NCBI GenBank assembly: GCA_030141605.1
Contig: JAQGDQ010000247.1
Coordinates: 1-64,000, forward strand
DNA length: 64,000 nucleotides
Source: Tubiluchus corallicola
Lineage: Eukaryota; Animalia; Priapulida
Reading direction: 5' to 3'
Shown here: positions 53,631-64,000 of the stretch, piece after piece
Numbering within the stretch: the stretch's first letter is position 1
Layout: every line of letters begins with the position of its first letter
Notes under the pieces: model-generated
Database searches by the model: none
Told to the model about the DNA's origin: nothing
Seen by the model: only the letters and a program-made list of their open reading frames with translations
Position numbers and translations under genes: made by a program

Positions 53631-54856
53631 ATACGTATTTTATTAAACACTCAGAACACTTATATACCGAAAACATAAAATACACAATCCACAAAACGGA
53701 AGGTAGGATACCCTATTTAGATTTGTCTGGATGGCAAATTAACGACCCCTGTTATAATTGTGACTCATTAAATTTCAAATAAATACAAATAATAAATTGC
53801 AAGCAATTAAAAAATATAATGTTACACAAATAATAAACAAGCACTATAAATAAACACACCCGTAATAAACCAACAGCATTGTAAAATTACAGTAATACAA
53901 CCAATAATAAACAAACAGCTGCAATATTATAAACTGTCATTTGCAAATGCATTTATAGACAAAAATATTTTAGTTTGAATTAAATCGTTTGCGATCTTGA
54001 ATGGCAATAAAGAATTCAAGAATTGGCAACTGTGCCAGATTTATACGAAATTTTGATGTCACAATAAATTAATTCGCTAGTGTTTGAGCAATACTTCCAT
54101 GTAATAAATTTTTCAGTACTATAAATTGTTGTTTTTGCGCCGCACCCTAGCAAAAGGTTATGTACCACCCTGTACATCCTTGTTCAGAGGAGTAAATTCA
54201 GGAGAAAAACGAAATCGTTCATGCAGAAGCAGTTTTTTTGGAGGTCACCATCCATTTCTTGCTTAGATCTCTTGCGGCGCGTTCAGACTAGTGAGTTCTC
54301 TCGTCAAGTAACTCGCAAGCGTGTTCAGGCTAGAGAACAAAACTTGCTATGAGTTACTCTCCGTTAGTAAGACTACTGAGACCGAGTTCTGTTCACTTCT
54401 CTATTCCCTGCGAGAAGTATCGAGAGTAACTCGCGAGAAGTGTCGAGAGTAACTCGCCGATGCGTTCACATTAGACAGTAACTCACAAAAAATCACTACA
54501 CCCCATAATCAAGTTTTTCCTCTTTTATATTGAACAGTACTTTATACATTTAGCATTTGTTTTTATAAAAAACACAAAAGTAACATTTGGTAAACTTTTT
54601 GGTGCATTTTGCTTTGAAGCATCATAACGTAGTTTTAAATGTGCCGACTTGATTTGCAAGCACACACTTAACAATAGTAACTATCTATGGAAATGTTCGC
54701 ACATATCGTTAATAATTAGACCTAGACATTACTGCACAGCGTTAACATTTAGTTATTAATTAATCACGTAACAAACATGATTAGGCTTGTACATTAAAGA
54801 AGATTTTTTTTATACATATAACTGCCCATGAAGGTGTTTGTACGTTATCTCGCCTG

Positions 54857-54873
54857 TAATAATAATAATAATA

Positions 54874-54925
<52 letters not shown>

Positions 54926-55165
54926 TATTATTACTAATAATATTTTTTCAAATCGCGAGTACATATCGTTTACATGTGAATTATGCATTTCATTGCATTG
55001 ACGGTAAGATGCATAGATGGATGGATAGATAGATAGAAGGATGAATGGGTGAAAGAATGAATGAACGAACGAACGAACGAACGAACGAATGAATGAATGA
55101 ATGAATGAATGAATGAATGAATGAATGACTGAAAGAACGAATGAACGAATAAATGTATGAATGAA
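54857..55165. repeat. (AAT/ATT)n and (GAAT/GAAC)n microsatellites
   Basis: Direct read. Confidence 0.85.
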
Positions 55166-55599
55166 TAAAACAAGTGAATGTAGGAATTTAATAAATAATC
55201 AAATAAATGGACAAACAAATGAAAAACGAAGTAAATTCATATTAGCTTCGAAAAATACAAACATTTTGTTGATTGAATCTCGCACTAAACATTGTTTTAG
55301 CATACGCTCCACAGAGGGCAGCAGCATGCATTCGCTTTTTTTAACGCGCAGGTAGACTTAACTAAGACGTTTTTATTTTTAACTAAATGAAAATATTTTA
55401 CTTGTTTGGCACATTTGCAGCAATGCAGACAGTTGAGTCAGTAGATTAAAACAAATATGTTAACCCGTTACCGGTTGTAGCTACATCTGTAGCAAAATGA
55501 GAAAAATGGAATAATGAAGTCTGTTGGAATAATGCTAGTCGGTGCCGCCATCTGTAGGGAAACTTTTTTATAAGCCGTTAGTTCACAATGATAAGAGTA

Positions 55600-55665
55600 C
55601 AAATAAATTATAAATATATAACTGAGTAAGTAAATAAATAAATAAACAAATAAATAAGTAAATAA

Positions 55666-55697
<32 letters not shown>

Positions 55698-55800
55698 AAA
55701 TAAATAAATAAATATATAATAAATAAACAAATAAATAAATAACTGACAAAGTAAATAAGAACAAAAAATAAAAAATAAGTAAATAAATAAATAAATAAAT
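55600..55800. repeat. (AAAT)n microsatellite
   Basis: Direct read. Confidence 0.85.
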
Positions 55801-56193
55801 TTATTTTACCGTTTTTAAGCCGCATCTTTTTAAATATTTTGCTAATACATGGCTTTGTGACAGAACCAATTTTTGAAGAAAATATCAGATATAATATATT
55901 TATTATGACGTGTGAAAAGCGTTAGCCATTATTAATCTCACAAATCTGTCCTAAATTTAAAAAAAAACAAAGCGTTTTTTTATAAATTCGTAAATAAGCA
56001 ACTTTTTTCTGCTTTTAGAAAATCTTATGGCGCGTTCAGACGTAGAGACTTCTTCTCTCTCAACCTGTTGCGCAACTTTCTGTGGCTGTTGTTTTCCGTA
56101 TTGCAATAGTTTTGAAAGTCACCCTTGCTTTCTGACAGATACAAATGCTGGACAGTCTATAATTTTGAAGCCTAAAGAATTTAAATAGCTATA

Positions 56194-56597
<404 letters not shown>

Positions 56598-56713
56598 AGC
56601 TAAATGTTGATTATCAACGTTTTAGGCCCTGCTATGAATTTCAAGAGTTTTTATGACACACCTATCACTAATCATCAATGCTTGACGATGCGCTGCTTAA
56701 TTACCTAAAATAT

Positions 56714-57135
56714 TTAAAGAGGAAGAAAAGGGGAACTTTAAAATATATTTCATAGAACATTCCTTGTTAAGTTATATTATCAAAATAAGCTTACCTGTTT
56801 GGGAGACTTATGCAAAACCGGAAAAAATTAGTAATAAATTAAAATACTCGCGCCAACTGGTAAAACGTCCCTGCACTGCCATCCCAGTGTGCACCACTGA
56901 TTCACCAAAAAAATTATTGAAGTTATTACCAAGAAGAAGTAATTTAAACTTTTGCTTAGTTCACAAAAGAGTGTGGTACGATTGCTTTGATTATTTTTTC
57001 AAAATTTGCGCAATATTATTTAAGCTTGTTTCAAACGACTTCCTGTAAAAATGGCTGCGCCTACTGGTCATTGTATGAGTTTAAATTACAAATTTTAAAC
57101 AGCGTTGCTGGTAACTCAAACCCTATATGCAATAA
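56714..57135 (+). mobile_element. Family 2 Kolobok-like element
   Basis: TTAAAGAGGAAG start; similar to 26193, 58100 and the inverted 3890-4300 copy. Confidence 0.6.
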
Positions 57136-57196
57136 GACAGCATGTAAGTGATATAAAACTTCAAGACGAATCTTTTAAGAGCTTTAGTTATGAAGA

Positions 57197-57395
57197 GTGA
57201 CAATCTAACAAGCCCTGCTTTTTAATTGCCCGCAACACATTTACCTTCGTATAAAGGTGAACAGTGTTTGAGGCTTTTCCTGTGTAGTATTTCTTATTTG
57301 TATTATGTTCATTGTAGCCCCTTTCACTATATATTGTACATGAAACTATTGTAAATGTGTAATGTGAAATAAATGACTTATGACTTATGACTTAT
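57197..57395 (+). mobile_element. LINE 3' end with AATAAA and an (ATGACTT)n tail
   Basis: Second copy inverted at 8503-8670; a short tandem tail is typical of CR1/L2-group elements. Confidence 0.65.
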
Positions 57396-57469
57396 CTTCA
57401 GTTTTAAATATTTAAGAAGTTGGACGTGCAATTCATAGTTTCATATTTATAAAAATGTCTCTAATTAAC

Positions 57470-57900
57470 TATATATATATATATATATATATATAATAAT
57501 CTTTATTTCCCATTAGAAACATTGATAATCACTGATAAAAACTTTACAGAGATAATCAATCAGTGTTAGTTAATAAAAACTTACACTGCTGAAGGCAAAT
57601 GCGTCAGTGCAATCTAAACTACTGTGCAGTAATGACGAATAAAATCAAACATATTTACAACCATACACAAAAAATAAAAAAAAACAAAAAACTATGATTT
57701 AATTAATATGGCCGTGGGTATATGAATTCTGAATTAGTGTGTATGTTGTCGTACTGGTGTGATGGTATTTCATATCTGGTTAATATAAGTGATTTTAATT
57801 TTGTTTTAAATGCTGATAGGGACTTGATTTGTTTAACCTGTAATGGTAGAGAATTCCAAAGTAAAATTGCTTGTTTGATTACAGAGTTCGTTCAATATTC
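57470..57900 (-). mobile_element. CR1/L2-group LINE 3' end
   Basis: Minus-strand translation NSVIKQAILLWNSLPLQVKQIKSLSAFKTKLKSLILTRY has the canonical LWNSLP...FKxKLK motif, followed by a 3' UTR, AATAAA and a (TA)n tail. Confidence 0.8.
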
Positions 57901-57924
57901 AGAGTAATCATTAACTAACCATTA

Positions 57925-58083
57925 GTTATATTATATTATATTATATTATATTATATTATATTATATTATATTATATTATATTATATTATATTATATTATA
58001 TTATATTATATTATATTATATTATATTATATTATATTATATTATATTATATTATATTATATTATATTATATTATATATTATAT
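57925..58083. repeat. (TTATA)n pentanucleotide repeat
   Basis: Direct read; flanked on both sides by gagtaat..ttaactaacca, a local duplication. Confidence 0.95.
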
Positions 58084-58457
58084 GAGTAATATTAACTAAC
58101 CAGTAATTCAGAGTACTAAATTAAAGGAGAAGAAATGGGATTTAAAAGTATGCCTCAAAAACTTTCCATTCAAAGTTAAGTAACTTTGCTTTACACTTAC
58201 CTGTCTGAAAGGCATATGTAACTGAAAAAGAAAACTCTTTGTAATTTAAAATGTTTGCGCCAGTTGATAAAACGTCACCATTTCATTATCCTAGTGTGCA
58301 CCAAAATCGTCACTGACTCACGCTCACCAACTAATACAGGTCCTGCGCGCAATAAGACAGCATATGGTTCGGAATTTTCAAGACGATTTTTAAGCTTTTT
58401 ATTTTATTTATTATTTATTTACTTTATTTTTAAGAATTCTGTTTTTCAGTGCTTTAA

Positions 58458-58915
58458 TTAAAGGCTGACAGGATTTTCAAGTCCGATAAAAGTATACATT
58501 TTAACACAATTAATACTGCAAAAGCGTTTCTGATAATTAAATAATAGATTAAAAACTTAATTAACGATGGGCGAGCCCAATTATTGATGACATCACAAAC
58601 TAACATAATTTTTAAGAGTAAAAATATTCCACGAGCGTGTTGCGCCTGTTTGTGGAAGCGAAAATTGAAGTACAATGCTACTGTAAGATATTCAGTGTGT
58701 CGTACTAAAACTAAGTAAGTTTTAAGGTAAAAAACAAATTTCAAATTTATTGCTGTGCTCACGCATGAGCTGCCGAACGTGTGTAGTTCGTCACAAACTA
58801 GCACATCTGAACTGAGAGGTACAGCAAATGTTTTTTTGCAATGCGTTTCCGAAATGCAGGCGCTAGTGCCCGTCTAACTAACGAATGGCGAATCTCATGT
58901 AACAGTGAAGACGGC
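58458..58915 (+). mobile_element. Kolobok/T2-like MITE family 1 copy
   Basis: TTAAAGGCTGACAGG start; body is highly similar to 5140-5600. Confidence 0.8.
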
Positions 58916-59231
58916 GGGCGTCCGATTCGTACGTTTTGCTTGTAATAAAATACCTAATTTACTGATTCGTGCAGGAAAAGGAACTTCACAAAGCTTTTTT
59001 AAAATTTAACATCTATAAGATAACTGAAACTAACAGGACCTTGAACTGATCACACTGCAGCTGGGTAGACATTTGTAACGAATGATGGGCGAGTGACTTA
59101 CTTGTAGTTTGAACAGGTTTACACGACTTACTTTAATTAATTAACTTTTCTACGAAACAGAACATTTTTCAAGCCCAGGTATGTATTTTTTCAATATGTG
59201 CACTTAGGCCTAGTGTTACTGTATTTACTGT

Positions 59232-59346
59232 TTTCTCTCTCTCTCTTCCCCCCTCTCTCTCTCTATCTCTCTGTCACTCTCACTCACTCACTCTTTCACT
59301 TTCTCCCTCTCTTTCTCCATCTGCCTCCCTTCCTACCTACCTCCCT

Positions 59347-59444
<98 letters not shown>

Positions 59445-59720
59445 CACCGATTTCTGTCTCTTCTTTTCACCCATTCCTCTTCTCTCTGCGCCTCAGTGTC
59501 TCTTTCTGCCTCCTCTCTCTTTCTGCTTCTCTCTCTTTCTGCTTCTCTCACTCGGTTTCTCTGCCTGTCAATCTGGCTGTCTCTCTCTCTCCTTTCTTTC
59601 CCTCTGTCTCCTCTGTCTTACTCTCACTCTGTCACTCATTCACTCACTCTCTATCACGTTCTTTCTCTCTCTCCTTTCATCTTTTCCCGCTTTCCCCCCT
59701 TTATCCGTCCCTTCTTTCTA
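59232..59720. repeat. (CT)n-rich polypyrimidine block
   Basis: Direct read. Confidence 0.9.
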
Positions 59721-59743
59721 ACGTCTCTCATGTGCTATACTTA

Positions 59744-60122
59744 TCAGTTCAGATGTGTTAGTTTGTGACGAACTACACACGTTCGACAGTTCATGCGTGA
59801 GCACAGCGGTTGTAATTTGAAATTCAAATTTTATCTTAAAACTCGCCTAGTTTTAGTACAACACACTGAACATCTTACAGTAGTAATGTACTTCAATTTT
59901 CGCTTTTGCAAAAAGATTCATCACGCTCGTAGACGTTTTACTGTTAAAAATTATGTTAGTTTGTGACGTCATCAATAATTGGGCTCGTCCGCCGTTCGTT
60001 AAGATTTTAATCTATTATTTAATTATCAAAAATGCGTTTGCAGTATTAATTATGTTAAATGTATACTTTTATCGGACTTGAAAATGGAGTAGTATATGAA
60101 AAATCGTCGTGTCCTTCTTTAA
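59744..60122 (-). mobile_element. Kolobok/T2-like MITE family 1, inverted copy
   Basis: Reverse complement of 58458-58815; ends GTCCTTCTTTAA. Confidence 0.8.
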
Positions 60123-61818
60123 AGAAATGTGTACAATCGTCGCACAGAGCCGGCAAAAATGGTTGAGTACTGAAACCAAATATCCCTTAAATAAATGAGA
60201 GACTGTATCTGGTGTTGAAAGAAACGCCTACGTCTAGTTTGCAGTGAAAATGATGGATGATAGAGCTCTTATTGTAAATTTTAACAATTGTGACACCCAA
60301 TTTTTTCAGCATTTAATTTTTTACTTTCTGTTTTAAAACTTTTGTATCTTTAGAAGAATTTATGAGAATGGCTTAACATTTTTGGTGTTTATACATTAGT
60401 ATCTGTAACATCAGCGCGATAATTTTCAATTGATTCCGTTGTTTTCTTACAATATCGTGATCAAAACTTCAGCGCCACCTGATACATTAAAAATACTAAA
60501 AGAATGAAAGTGTTTGTGGTTTGGTAGAGATAATTAAGTGCGTAATAAAGGAATTATAATCTTGAGTCTTTACTTGAAATTTGACAACATTTAGACAGCA
60601 GAGTTATACAGAATTTTCTTAGATTTACACTTCCGTTTTTCAGCGAGTTTTCTTTATCTCAAATATTCCGTCTATTTTTTCCTCCAAGTCACGAACGTTT
60701 TCACGAATACGCTACAGGCATTTTAGGACAAATGGCAACCTACTTTTTAAAAACACTGAAATTTTAAAGCACCTTCCACACCTGATATTTCTACAGGCAT
60801 GTTACACCGAAAGCATAAATTTAACACGGCTGCTCTAAATAGATTGAACCAAACCTTTTGACATAAGTGTTAGCTGTTTTCTGTTCTCATTCGCCACAGT
60901 TTGCTCTTTGTGTACTTATGTGTTATTATGTTTTATGTATTAACGTGTATTAGCATTATTACGTATTTCTGTACTTTCTTACAGAACGTCACTATTTTTG
61001 GTTCATTTGAAAAAGCAGAGAGAATATGTGAAGCATTTCACAGTTCAAATAAATAACACTTCGCCATAACTTTGCAAAAAAATCAATACTTTTCATGGCT
61101 TAATTAGACAAAATGCCACTTCTCCTTACTGCTGTTATTTGCACTTCAGATTTTCTTACATGTACTGTATTTTCAACTTTATAAAAGCCGTTTGTAGAAA
61201 GGCTACGTCAATAACTTCCATATTCCAAAAATAGCAATATAATTTCGGTGTATTTTTGATATTCGAAATCTTAATGCACACTTCCGCAGCGAAAGCCTAA
61301 AGTTTTATTACTTATGACCAATTTAAAAACGACACACTAGGTCATGACAACATTTTTATACACATTTCTTGGAAAGTACCTCCTAGACTCTCTATAAATA
61401 AGTAGTGTAAGCTGGTGAAAATGTTATAGCATCAATAAAAGGCGATTACTGTTAAATAAAAGTGGCAAGGTAACTTGTTCCTTGTGTTTTCTATACATTG
61501 TAATCGTAATAAGCTTTAGGCTGCTCAGAATACAGAAGTTCTGGGTTCGAGTACATGTGACGACAAAAAATTTTTGTTTCTCTAATTTCTTTTTGTCACT
61601 TACAGTTATTAGTTTTGTATTTGTTTTGCATTTATAAGTTTTCAGATTCCAACATTTGTGTTTGCTTATTGTCCATTATGTAGATTAGTGAAGATTAGTG
61701 GCGCCATCCGTTGACAAAAAGAAGAAGCTATGTGTCCTTTCACTTGCGTAATTTCCTCAGTTGCGCGTTATATTTTTATTTATTATTTGGCAACTTTTTC
61801 ACAGACTATGATATCGAC

Positions 61819-62314
61819 TAGAGGTGAGCATTCTGTATTAGAAGGCGAATTCGATTAGAATCGAACTTTTGACTTTCGAACTCAAATCAAAGCCGAATTT
61901 CACGATTTCTTATCCGAATCGAATTCGAATTCAGTTGTTACGATTTCGAATAAATTTTCGAATCAATAATAAAAAGTGTTCTCATAAAGATCCTGTGCAT
62001 TAAGACTTATAGGTCTTGTAGGTCTGATAGACTATAGATATAGAACCTAAGACTGTAATTCTAGGTTCGAATCGATTTCGAATTAAAAAAAACTGAACCG
62101 AATCGAATTCGAATTCAATTGTTACGATTTCGAATAAATTTTCGAGTCAATAATAAAAGTGTTCTCACAAAGATACTGTGCATTAAAACCTATAGGTCTT
62201 ATAGGTCTGATAGACTATAGATATAGAACGTAGAACTATAATTCTAGGTTCGAATCGATTTCGAATTAAGAAAACTGAATCGAATTGAATGCGGACTTTT
62301 GATGTTCACCTCTA
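61819..62314. mobile_element. TTCGAA-rich MITE with TIRs and an internal ~180-bp direct duplication (hAT-like)
   Basis: TIR TAGAGGTGAGCAT...ATGTTCACCTCTA; ~61915-62095 is repeated at ~62098-62280; no clean 8-bp TSD visible. Confidence 0.75.
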
Positions 62315-63459
62315 GTGCCCATTGTGTCAAGTGACTGATCTTTGCTCTATATAAACCTACAATGCATTAATCTAAACTAATCTGCATAAATAGGCCCTTT
62401 AATTCATATTCACTCTTCTCACCTCCAACTATAAAACATCCATTAACACATTAAACTATTGGACAAAGTCATTGATACAAAAGTGTAAATGCATCGCCTA
62501 CAGAAACAAAATACTCTTAGTTGAAATTCAGTTGTTTACCGTATTGTGACTGCTAAACCGAGGAAGACTCAAGCTTGTAAATTCTTGTCATGAATTCTAA
62601 CATTATATTCAAGCTCATTGAACTTGCAGTTACGATCTACCTGGGGGCTGCCCATTAAGTGGGTAACCGTTCCTCTGACTGCCCACCAATCCGCCGAACA
62701 AAATGAAAAACTACAGTGAGAGCTTGGGAACCAGGTTGATTACCTAGTGGCCTACTATGGGTAAAATGTGCAAAATACACCTTAGTGCTGAGGTTTCACT
62801 GACGTAGCGGAGTTCGTGAGAACCTGTTACGCGTTCCATGTGCTACACGCGTTACGTTCTAAGTGCTGTGTTAACGGTTTTCTCGTAAAATAGACGGGAC
62901 GGAACAAACAAGATAGCAAAGGGAACGCAGGGAAGAGAGGGAATTGTTCCCGGTAACTGGTGAGTGTCGCATTCTAGAAACAATAGAGTAATTGTGACGT
63001 CATGCGTATAAAATTACAGCAGTTATCATAATTTATGATAAATTCTTAATAAAAACTGATTGTTTCTGATTAAAAGCTGAAATTACTGCACTAAAAGAAG
63101 TTAAAATTGCTTTAATTTAGATTATTTTATTTATAATTACAGTAATGAAGAAAGAGTAATTAGTTTTGTTTATATAAGATATTATTTTCCCGGGAAAAAA
63201 TTCTGATAATTCCTTTCAATTTTCTTAATAGAAATTCCCTTTCTTTTGCGAGTGTGTAATTACTCTACCTATAAAATTTTATGATTAGTCCTATAATTGG
63301 TCTACCTATAAAATTTAATGATTAGTCGCATGGGCTAAGCAAACAAACTGAATTATGCATTTTAGCTTGCGTGGAACAAATTAATTTTACAAGAATCTTA
63401 GCAATTGAAAGACGTTACGTCAATCAAATCATTACAACTTACATTTGAGCCTAATTTGT

Positions 63460-63740
63460 TAAATAAATAAATAAAGAAATGAATGAATGAATGAATGAAT
63501 GAATGAATGAATGATTGAATGAATGAATGAATGATTGAATGAATGAATGAATGAATGAATGAATGAATGAATGATTGAATGAATGAATGAATGAATGAAT
63601 GAATGAATGAATGAATGATTGAATGAATGAATGAATGAATGAATGAATGAATGAATGAATGAATGAATGAATAAATGATGAATGAATGAATGAATGAATG
63701 AATGAATGAATAAATAAATAAATATATAAACAAATAAATG
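63460..63740. repeat. (GAAT)n/(AAAT)n microsatellite
   Basis: Direct read. Confidence 0.95.
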
Positions 63741-64000
63741 AACACAAAACACATTAAAATGCAAAAATACAAATTTATTATGAAAGGTGTTACCTATAGC
63801 TATTACGATAGTTTTACGATAGATATTATGATAGATATTACAATATTAAAAAAGGGAACAGAATATTTTCGATGTTAAAGTCTGAGAAGTATGAAAGTAT
63901 ATAAACATTAAGGATCTGTAATAAGTTAATACCAACAGCCTATCTGCATTAACTCATTATGCAGGGTGAACTTTCAACTCATTACAGCTCATTATTAATT

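Noticed and set aside
57105-57116. X-box-like GTTGCTGGTAAC
   Set aside because: Lies inside a family 2 dispersed repeat and is not conserved in the other copies.

Overview
AT-rich, intron-containing animal (probably invertebrate) genomic DNA, rich in microsatellites, MITEs and LINE/SINE remnants; there are no prokaryotic features. The only well-supported coding locus is on the minus strand at ~22.0-32.6 kb. It has two paralogous, intronless tandem-doublecortin (DCX) exons of the DCDC2 type: copy A (32386-29737) and copy B (28759-27707). Each has its own conserved upstream module (RFX X-box, CRE and a GACYGGTTA site at identical spacing, plus an identical 29-bp block), and each ends at a phase-1 GT donor in an equivalent position. 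Five acidic exons follow, all joined in phase 1 (26808-26671, 25865-25776, 25683-24352, 23902-23813, 22258-22071), one made of a 108-bp/36-aa tandem repeat. Copy B is therefore an alternative first exon, a nested paralog, or the true owner of the downstream exons. Copy A also carries ~9 amplified copies of the DCDC2 C-terminal '[DE]xPVDQ' motif. Most other ORFs in the track are microsatellite artefacts. Weak minus-strand exon candidates lie at 0.9-11.3 kb, and several orphan X-box/CRE elements lie elsewhere. All calls were made by eye, without database searches.
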